Part shown: piece after piece, positions 10,062-16,870 of the stretch
Layout of the letters: each line of letters opens with the position of its first letter
Position numbering within the stretch: the stretch's first letter is position 1
Source: an uncultured cyanobacterium
GTDB taxonomy: Bacteria; Cyanobacteriota; Cyanobacteriia; Cyanobacteriales; CAWUOF01
DNA length: 19,198 bases
NCBI GenBank assembly: GCA_963744145.1
Contig: CAVUSO010000002.1
Location: forward strand, 1 to 19,198
Reading direction: 5' to 3'
Made by a program: the position numbers and the translations under genes
The notes under the pieces: model-generated
The model's database searches: none
The model's input: the letters and a program-made list of their open reading frames with translations, nothing else
What the model was told of the DNA's origin: nothing

Positions 10062-11060
10062 CTAGCCATAGATAGGAACTAACGGCGTTGGTTCTGGTTC
10101 AAATCGAGTTATCCAGCTTACAAATAAATCGGAGCCATAGTTTTCTACCAGTAAATAAGTTCTAACTCGATTATATGAAACAATACAGAATCTTCTGTAG
10201 TCAAATCTACCCATTACTCCTCGTTGAATAGGACATAACTCTACACCTAAAAAACTTTGGGTAGCTGAGTCGGCTATATGAGCATCTGTTAGCATAACTA
10301 CGCAACAATCCGTGTTTTCATATCCTCTCGTTTCTCCCAATCTTTCTTCTATTTTTACTGCTATTGTTTGAGCTGATTCTTTAAAATCAGGAATGATGTA
10401 GCCATCAAAAGCTTCAAACCCATTTCCTGATTGTTCTGGATGATAACCGCCAAACTTCCGTATCCAAGGGGTATTCCGAAAGCCTGTTATCATAGAAAAG
10501 TTAGCTGCTGTTTTTGCAAAAAACTTTCCCTCGTATTTCTTAAGCTGTTTTTCTACATACTGTTTCCAAGTCAGCACTTCTAACGAAGAAGATTGATTTG
10601 TCACCACAGATAGCTGCCACAGATTGCGGATTTCTTGCCAAAGATTCAGCAACGAAGAAGATTGATTTCTCGCCACAGATTGCTGCTGTGTTGAAGGTCT
10701 ACCCTGATAGGGATTTTGTGCATATACAGGTGGTGGTGTTAGTATTGTTGAAGCACTTATTCCACCTGGTGTTGCTACTAAAAAAATTCCACTAGCAAGA
10801 GCAATGCGCGTTTGATATTGAATCGGATAATCAATAATTTGCTGATTATCAACAAAAGTACCTGATCCGCTGCCTAAGTCTACGGCGTGCCAAGTTTGGC
10901 TAAATTGCTCAAAACTTAACTTCAAATGCTGGTTAGCAACAACATTTACATAAGGTAAAGAAATATCACAATCCGAACCACTGCCAATAATATACTCGCG
11001 GTTTGGTTTGAGGGTGTAGCTTTGACCTGTTTGTTCGATAACTAGCTTCAGTTCATTCAT
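10062..11060 (-). CDS. FHA-domain protein 1, probably frameshift-truncated (hydrophobic continuation to 9781)
   Basis: N-terminal FHA fold (YIIGSGSDCDI...QHL...DLGSGSGTFV); a shifted frame from ~10072 to 9781 reads LWLVL...IWLQIYGVTPDLMKRLGILPKKANGILMLILILSLQYILIIFWLILALV. Confidence 0.8.
   Translation of the reverse strand: MNELKLVIEQTGQSYTLKPNREYIIGSGSDCDISLPYVNVVANQHLKLSFEQFSQTWHAVDLGSGSGTFVDNQQIIDYPIQYQTRIALASGIFLVATPGGISASTILTPPPVYAQNPYQGRPSTQQQSVARNQSSSLLNLWQEIRNLWQLSVVTNQSSSLEVLTWKQYVEKQLKKYEGKFFAKTAANFSMITGFRNTPWIRKFGGYHPEQSGNGFEAFDGYIIPDFKESAQTIAVKIEERLGETRGYENTDCCVVMLTDAHIADSATQSFLGVELCPIQRGVMGRFDYRRFCIVSYNRVRTYLLVENYGSDLFVSWITRFEPEPTPLVPIYG
10582..10686. repeat. In-frame 69-bp-period duplication in the FHA protein 1 linker
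   Basis: AACGAAGAAGATTGATTT...CCACAGAT at 10582 and 10651 (SVARNQSSSL / SVVTNQSSSL), with NLWQ twice between them. Confidence 0.8.
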
Positions 11061-11267
11061 GGCTTGAAGAAGGTAAATTACTGTATTGCCTTGAGGTTAA
11101 ACACGAAAATGCTAGCATCGAACCTTACCGGAAATATGAATCAGCGATCGATGCCTACTGAGTGATTAATTAAGTGTACAATGCCACGTTTTAAAAGCAA
11201 GTATTTGGATCATCTGATTAAGTTAAATTTTCCTAAAGAAGTAATTTTATTTACAAAAGAGCAAGAT
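11061..11267 (-). promoter_or_regulatory. Conserved FHA-gene leader/promoter, copy 1
   Basis: Homologous to 12422-12620 and 18266-18471; GCATCGA...TCGATGC inverted repeat at 11115-11154; extended -10-like TGCTAGCAT on the minus strand; GTA-N8-TAC at 11241-11254. Confidence 0.65.
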
Positions 11268-11463
11268 GGTCTTGTGCTGTGACTACGGGTCAGGGTTATT
11301 GTCGCGATCGCGCGTATCATGTAGCCCATAGATTCGATGTCCTTCCAGGTTGATGGAAATATAGATCCGGGATATGTCCTATATATATCTCTGGCAATCA
11401 GCGTGGTTTTTATGCAGCGAAGCTGAATTTGTTACAAAACTTTATAATAGCGATCGCATTACC

Positions 11464-11649
11464 TATACAGCGTATGACCCATTGATAAAGTACAGTAAGA
11501 TTGTGGGACAGGCATCTTGCCTGTCCGATAAATTCGTCAGTTAAAGTCAATTGTGATTGATCTGTGTTGGTTGGGCAGGTTTATGATCGTGATCTGTTTG
11601 GAGCAGAATTGATTGGTGAACCTGCCCCTACAAATCTTGGTTGATTGTA
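11464..11649. repeat. Partial copy of REP-bearing element family C
   Basis: 11488-11649 aligns over 162 bp with 15192-15353; includes the GGACAGGC-ATCTT-GCCTGTCC hairpin and GGGCAGGTT...AACCTGCCCCTAC. Confidence 0.8.
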
Positions 11650-11726
11650 CGCATCAATTCACCGACTACAGCCTATTTCATATAGATATGGTTGTTTTTC
11701 AGAGCGCTGGTGCGTTACTCTAATAT

Positions 11727-12131
11727 TTATGGAGTAATTAATGGCACAGATGGAAAGTAAGTTCGATAACGGTTGACATCGCGGGTTAGTAGAGTCATAC
11801 CTGCGATCGCCGCATGAGCGCCAATGTAAAAGTCAGGTAATGGCGATCGCCTCTCTCCACCTCGACGGCGATAGTCTAGAAAACTTTGCCCTGCCAGAAA
11901 AGCTGCTGTATATGGGAGTGGATCGCGGCGAAAGAATGCTTCAGGTAACGCTGCTTCTAACTCTTCAGGTTGGTTAAACCCGATCGAGATTTCGGCGTAA
12001 ATGATCGGGTTGATAACCAAATTCCCCTGACGAGATTGTTCTGCCAGCATTTGGGCTGACCACTCAACCCACTGGGGGTCTTCGGTCAGAATGTCTAGGA
12101 GTACGTTGCTGTCAACCAAAATATCAGTCAT
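11727..12131 (-). CDS. vapC: Type II TA toxin, VapC/PIN ribonuclease
   Basis: ILVDSNVLLD, NPIIYAE, PLPDFYIGAHA, LLTRD. Confidence 0.92.
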   Translation of the reverse strand: MTDILVDSNVLLDILTEDPQWVEWSAQMLAEQSRQGNLVINPIIYAEISIGFNQPEELEAALPEAFFRRDPLPYTAAFLAGQSFLDYRRRGGERRSPLPDFYIGAHAAIAGMTLLTRDVNRYRTYFPSVPLITP

Positions 12132-12355
12132 ATATCTGCCCGTGTGAGTTGCATAATGTCGTAAGTGGTTAGGCTTCGGGTGGCTTTGCCGCGCAGGTTA
12201 GCGATCAGTTCTGCTCCCAGGTTGGGTATGGGCTGTTTGCGGAGTTGAAGGGTATCCCCAATCACTTCAAGTTGGATTTCTGTACCGGGTAATAACCCAA
12301 GCCGCTCTTGAATGTCGGCAGGAATGGTAATTTGTCCGTTAGGGCTAATTTTCAT
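12128..12355 (-). CDS. AbrB/MazE/SpoVT-family antitoxin
   Basis: GQITIPADIQERLGLLPGTEI; ATGA overlap with vapC; AAGGAG RBS. Confidence 0.9.
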   Translation of the reverse strand: MKISPNGQITIPADIQERLGLLPGTEIQLEVIGDTLQLRKQPIPNLGAELIANLRGKATRSLTTYDIMQLTRADI

Positions 12356-12361
12356 GGCAAT

Positions 12362-12421
12362 TTACTCCTTATCTGTGTAGCTTTGACCTGTTGGTTCGAT
12401 AACTAGCTTCAGTTTATTCAT
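12362..12421 (-). pseudogene. 5' stub of a third FHA gene (MNKLKLVIEPTGQSYT-DKE*)
   Basis: 14 of the first 16 residues match the FHA proteins' N-terminus MNELKLVIEQTGQSYT; then joins abruptly to the antitoxin RBS. Confidence 0.85.
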
Positions 12422-12620
12422 AGCTGGAAAAAGGTAAACTACTACATTAACTGGAAGTTAAACGCGAAAGTGCTAGCATCGAACCTGTGCGGAAATACGA
12501 ATCAGCGATCGATGCGTCCTGATATCTTAAATAAAGGTTATTCGGCCACATTTTTGCCAAAGTATTTGTATTGTTTTATTAAGTTAAATTTTGATAAAGA
12601 AGTAACTTTACTTACAAAAA
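12422..12620 (-). promoter_or_regulatory. Conserved leader/promoter copy 2, in the divergent intergenic region between the TA pair and the pseudokinase-peptidase genes
   Basis: Core TGCTAGCATCGAACCTnnnCGGAAATACGAATCAGCGATCGATGC; GTA-N8-TAC at 12602-12615; TATAAT at 12628-12633 on the plus strand. Confidence 0.6.
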
Positions 12621-12687
12621 AGAAAGGTATAATTTAGACTTAGGTTGTAGAATCAGTAGCAAGTATATAGCCAAAGAGATATTGTTT

Positions 12688-14184
12688 ATGACTTCAACCT
12701 TAGCAATCGGTTCAATAATACATCAAAGGTATTGCCTCCAGGAACTTACTCAAAAATCCCAATTTACAGAGATTTATCAGGCACAAGACCAAATCAGAAA
12801 TAATCAAATTTGTATTTTAAGAAGCTTGATTGAAAAAAAACTTAATGATGCAGCTAGAGTTGCAGAGCAATTTCAAGCTGAGTTGACCCTATTGACGGAG
12901 GTCAATCATCCACAAATTCAGAGTATCAAAGATTTTTTCTGGGAAAATGATCGTTTGTACATTATCCAAGACTATTATGTAGTTGGACAAATTGAGCAAA
13001 ATTGGTTACAAAATCGTCCTGCTCTAAGCGAAACGGAAGCGATCCAGCTATTAATCCAAATTTTGCCAGTCCTGAGTTACTTACATGAGCGACATATTAG
13101 CCATCGCAATATTTCTCCTAGTAACCTAATTTTCAGAAGTTCAGATCATCAACCGATCCTGACTAACTTTGGCATTATCCAAGAAATTATGGATCAGATG
13201 GAAATAGAAACTAATGAAACTAAACTTTTACACGAAGTAAGAAAGCTACCAGTAGGTTTTATTCCAACCGGTGTGGAGGAAGATTTGTATGCTTTGGCTG
13301 TGACAATAATAATCCTGCTGACGGGTAAAGAAGTTCAGGTTTTATTTGATTCTACAACCAAAACGTGGGACTGGGAACGCTGGAAATTGTTAAGTGATCA
13401 ACTAACCCAGGTAGTAAACCGAATGTTAGCAGTACAAGTAAGCGATCGCTTTCCCAGTGCTAATGCGGTTTTAGCAGCGTTAAATTCTCCTGCAAAAATT
13501 CCAGTACCGTCATTACCTACGGTACTATCTCCTCCTCCCATTGCTAACCCTTACCTATCTCCCCAAGCAGCACCACCGACCGGATGGATACCAACTAATG
13601 TATCTTCTGCACCACTAGCAAAACCCGTTCAAAATAACACTTGGCTGCTAGCTTTTGCTGGTGGAATTTTACTTACTTTGATCGGAATAATCGCGATAAT
13701 TTATGTTAAGGGTTGGTCGGGTTTCAATTCTGCCGATCAAAAAGCTCCTAGCGCGATCGCATCTCCAACGATATTACCAACACCAACTCCCCCTGCTTTA
13801 ACCGAGCCAGAAGCAGTAAATCTAATTAATCAATATTTGCAAGCAAAAAAACAGATGTTTGCTCCTCCCTACGATCGACAAATTGCTGCCAATATAATGA
13901 CCGGAAAAGCTTATCACGATGTAACTGGTCCTGAAGGTACAATTACTTGGTTACAACAACATAATTCCTACTATCGCTATGGCAATCTTAATGCTGGATC
14001 TACTGGATACTTTAACACTAGCGGAGATCAAGCCGAAATTCAAGTTATAATTAGCGAGGAGGTGTATTTCTATGTGAACAATATTCTGAACAAATCTGAT
14101 AATTACTCCGCTAATTATAGATTTTCACTAAGACGAGAAAATAATACTTGGAAAATAGCAGATCGACAAAACCTTAATAAATAA
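12688..14184 (+). CDS. Membrane Ser/Thr pseudokinase with a C-terminal IMS/ARC6-like (DUF4101) domain (ORF track start 12682 TTG)
   Basis: Full kinase fold but no Gly-rich loop, CILR at the VAIK position, HRN for HRD, NFG for DFG; Pro-rich linker; TM WLLAFAGGILLTLIGIIAIIYV; EAVNLINQYLQAKK...FAPPYD...WL...YY.Y...WKI. Confidence 0.85.
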   Translation: MTSTLAIGSIIHQRYCLQELTQKSQFTEIYQAQDQIRNNQICILRSLIEKKLNDAARVAEQFQAELTLLTEVNHPQIQSIKDFFWENDRLYIIQDYYVVGQIEQNWLQNRPALSETEAIQLLIQILPVLSYLHERHISHRNISPSNLIFRSSDHQPILTNFGIIQEIMDQMEIETNETKLLHEVRKLPVGFIPTGVEEDLYALAVTIIILLTGKEVQVLFDSTTKTWDWERWKLLSDQLTQVVNRMLAVQVSDRFPSANAVLAALNSPAKIPVPSLPTVLSPPPIANPYLSPQAAPPTGWIPTNVSSAPLAKPVQNNTWLLAFAGGILLTLIGIIAIIYVKGWSGFNSADQKAPSAIASPTILPTPTPPALTEPEAVNLINQYLQAKKQMFAPPYDRQIAANIMTGKAYHDVTGPEGTITWLQQHNSYYRYGNLNAGSTGYFNTSGDQAEIQVIISEEVYFYVNNILNKSDNYSANYRFSLRRENNTWKIADRQNLNK

Positions 14185-14202
14185 TTTTACCAGCACAACA
14201 CA

Positions 14203-14970
14203 ATGTTTTTTCTAACCAAGCTACGAAAACACTGGCGCTTTATTATAGTTGCTATTGTAGTTACTATTGGAATTATTCTGAATAGTTACGCAGTTATACT
14301 ATATACAAAACAGCAGACTAATGTATGTCAAACTCCTGTTCAAACTAATCCATCTCTGTTATCAGCAAATCCTAATTTAGACATCCCCAGCATAGCTAAC
14401 CCAATTGCTTTGATTCCTACTTTTAAACCAGCTCCAAGTGACCAACCCTTATACGGACATTTTCCCTATCCAGAAGCAGATGCTAATAGTTTGATGACGA
14501 TCGCTAGCTATGCTAAAGGAGAATATCAGCGATTTGAAAGAATGGCACCAGAAGCAGCAATAGAGCTAATGAAAATGTTTTATGCTGCTCGATATGAAGG
14601 AGTTTGGATTGTTCCAGTTTCAGCTTTTCGGAATGTAGCAACTCAAGAAATCCTGTTCAGAAACCAAATTCAGCGACGAGGTTCACCGGAAGCAGCAGCT
14701 AAATTGAGTGCCCCTCCTGGTTACAGTGAACATCAGACTGGATATGCGATAGATTTAACAGATGGTCATTTTCCGAAACAAGACATTACATACGATTTTG
14801 ATAAAACAGATGCTTTTCGTTGGCTAAATCTCCATGCTAAAGAATTTGGGTTTGAAATGTCATTTCCAGAGAATAACTCTCAAGGAGTTAGCTATGAACC
14901 TTGGCACTGGCGTTTTATTATTTCTCCTACGGCTGAAAAAGTTTTTGCTCGTGCTAGAAAAAAGATTTGA
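14203..14970 (+). CDS. M15B (VanY-like) D-alanyl-D-alanine carboxypeptidase with N-terminal membrane anchor
   Basis: SAFR, SAPPGYSEHQTGYAID and YEPWHWRF zinc-peptidase motifs. Confidence 0.92.
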   Translation: MFFLTKLRKHWRFIIVAIVVTIGIILNSYAVILYTKQQTNVCQTPVQTNPSLLSANPNLDIPSIANPIALIPTFKPAPSDQPLYGHFPYPEADANSLMTIASYAKGEYQRFERMAPEAAIELMKMFYAARYEGVWIVPVSAFRNVATQEILFRNQIQRRGSPEAAAKLSAPPGYSEHQTGYAIDLTDGHFPKQDITYDFDKTDAFRWLNLHAKEFGFEMSFPENNSQGVSYEPWHWRFIISPTAEKVFARARKKI

Positions 14971-14983
14971 TTAGTTGATAATG

Positions 14984-15166
14984 CAATACGGTTCAGTTAA
15001 GAATATTTTTGGGGATCTCAGCAGAAGAAGGGTGAAGCATTCGGGTATAATATTACTGCCCTTCGACTCCGCCCTTCGACTACGCTCAGGGAACACTCAG
15101 GGTAAAGTTTGATCGCTCAATTGTCGCTAAACATGCTTCACCCCTACACTTAACTGAACCGGATTA
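14984..15166. mobile_element. MITE family A, copy 2 (inverted relative to copy 1) with a nested insertion
   Basis: Left TIR perfect; right CTTAACTGAACCGGATTA; extra sequence at 15058-15106. Confidence 0.85.
15058..15106. repeat. Nested small dispersed repeats (CCCTTCGACTnCGCTCAGGG inserted into itself)
   Basis: GCCCTTCGACTCC[GCCCTTCGACTACGCTCAGGGAAC]ACTCAGGG; absent from the other family A copies. Confidence 0.75.
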
Positions 15167-15168
15167 GT

Positions 15169-15521
15169 TTACAACATATTCCTTATTTATGAAGTACAGT
15201 AAGATTGTGGGACAGGCATCTTGCCTGTCCGATAAATTCGTCATTTAAAGTTAATTGTGAGTGATCTGTGTTGGTTGGGCGGGTTTATGATGGTGATCGA
15301 TTGGTCACAAAATTGATCGGTGAACCCGCCCCTACAAATCCTGGTTGATTGTAATCATAAATTCATCCGATTTTTTGGTAAATAATCCCAGATCCGAACA
15401 GTTTTATTACCTGTAGGGGCGGGTTTACCGATTAATTATGATACACACAAATAACCTTAATAAACCCGCCCTGCCTCACAGATCACCTTAATGAACTTCA
15501 TAAACATGGAATAGGCTGTAT
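15169..15521. mobile_element. MITE-like family C element with several REP hairpins
   Basis: Imperfect TIRs TATTCCTTATTTATGAAGT / ACTTCATAAACATGGAATA; hairpins GGGCGGGTTT...AACCCGCCC twice and GGACAGGC...GCCTGTCC. Confidence 0.65.
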
Positions 15522-15535
15522 AATGAATAGTATTA

Positions 15536-16831
15536 TTATTCCATTGCTCTAATTATACTGGCAATTTTTGAATTTTTAATAATTGAGCTAATTTTATTTT
15601 CATTACTTCTTAAGTTTCCCTCCCGACATAATTCATTGGCTTTTTGATAGTAGTCTTCTGCGCCAAAATTTCTATATTCTGTTGCAGGTGTCAATCTGCG
15701 ATTACAAGTGTAACAGCAATAGCTTACTAATAGGTGAAATATTTTTAAATCAAAAGGTTTAAAATCCTGGTTTGCCGATGGAGAATTTAACATTTTCCAT
15801 ACTTCATCAGCTTCGTAAGGAGGAAGATTTTCTAAATATCCATATTTTTTGGCAATCCCAGCAATAAGTTTATCAAAGCTAGGTTTTGGTTTTTCAGGAG
15901 GTTGATGATAAATGCGATCGCCAAATTGTACCTCTCCGTGAAAGTTAGCTCCCTGTTGGTTATAAATATGCTCACCTTTTTGCTGGTAAGTATCTCCACC
16001 TCTAATATTATAAGTCACGTTTTGTACTGGATTAACAGGTTCTGTCTTTTCATTATCGGTTGGTTTTGGCAGATTTTTTTCTCTACCTTCCCAAAAATGA
16101 ATCGGTCTACCACAATGGAAAAAAATCGGACGTTGAGGGTAAGTTTTAAATTGAGGATGAGCATGAAACTCTCGTTCTACTCCTGCTTGAACTTCGGAAC
16201 TGGTAATATCAAAACCGACGGAATACTGATGAGGATCGAGAGATTTTAGTAACAGATGAGTTAGTACCCCGTGACCATCTACAGCGAGGGATTCTTCCCA
16301 AGGTCTACAAGATGTAATAATTGAGCGTTTTATGCCAGAATTTGCTGTCTGCAAAATCTCTTGATTTAACTTACCACTATGACAGCAATCTAACCAGATA
16401 ATTTGCTCCGGAACTTTACTTTTTGCTAATTGTTTTGCGAGCCAATCAAACTCAACACCTAATATTTTCTGATCTTGGCAATTTGTATCACTCCCACAGA
16501 GATAACCGTATTCTTCGTCATATTCATTTTTGACCAAACCATGTCCTGCAAAAAATAACAATACCGTCTGGGTGCCATCTGGTGATTTGACGAATAGGTT
16601 ATAAATCTCATCCTTAAGAGTCTGTACCTTGACAATACCTTTTTCTTCAACCGTTACTGCTCCATCTGTATAGGTTTCTGGTAATAACTGAACTTCAAAT
16701 CGCCCATAATCTCTCAGCATTTTGGCGATCGCTTCAGCATCTCCTGGGGCTTTTGGTAAATGTTGTCCTTTTCCTTTCCCATTGAAGTTAGGATAACGAT
16801 TAATTCCAACTACTAATGCTTTACGGTTCAT
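15536..16831 (-). CDS. Caspase-like cysteine protease (peptidase C14) with an uncharacterised C-terminus
   Basis: RKALVVGINRY, FFAGHG (catalytic His), WLDCCHSG (catalytic Cys), GVLT..LL..L. Confidence 0.9.
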   Translation of the reverse strand: MNRKALVVGINRYPNFNGKGKGQHLPKAPGDAEAIAKMLRDYGRFEVQLLPETYTDGAVTVEEKGIVKVQTLKDEIYNLFVKSPDGTQTVLLFFAGHGLVKNEYDEEYGYLCGSDTNCQDQKILGVEFDWLAKQLAKSKVPEQIIWLDCCHSGKLNQEILQTANSGIKRSIITSCRPWEESLAVDGHGVLTHLLLKSLDPHQYSVGFDITSSEVQAGVEREFHAHPQFKTYPQRPIFFHCGRPIHFWEGREKNLPKPTDNEKTEPVNPVQNVTYNIRGGDTYQQKGEHIYNQQGANFHGEVQFGDRIYHQPPEKPKPSFDKLIAGIAKKYGYLENLPPYEADEVWKMLNSPSANQDFKPFDLKIFHLLVSYCCYTCNRRLTPATEYRNFGAEDYYQKANELCREGNLRSNENKISSIIKNSKIASIIRAME

Positions 16832-16870
16832 TTTAAACCATCCTTTTGATCTCAGTAATTATTGGTAATA

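Noticed and set aside
9268..10795. Plus-strand ORFs 9268-9507, 9893-10075 and 10598-10795
   Set aside because: Antisense to the TPR, the fragmented gene and the FHA1 coding sequence
11115..11154. Known riboswitch (glutamine or c-di-AMP) in the leader
   Set aside because: Only a short CGCTGATTC resemblance; the other conserved elements are absent
15902..16650. ORFs 15902-16249 (+) and 16459-16650 (-)
   Set aside because: Lie within the caspase gene on the opposite strand or in an alternative frame
1080..16732. Frequent GCGATCGC octamers
   Set aside because: Ordinary cyanobacterial HIP1 sites; useful only as a taxonomic clue
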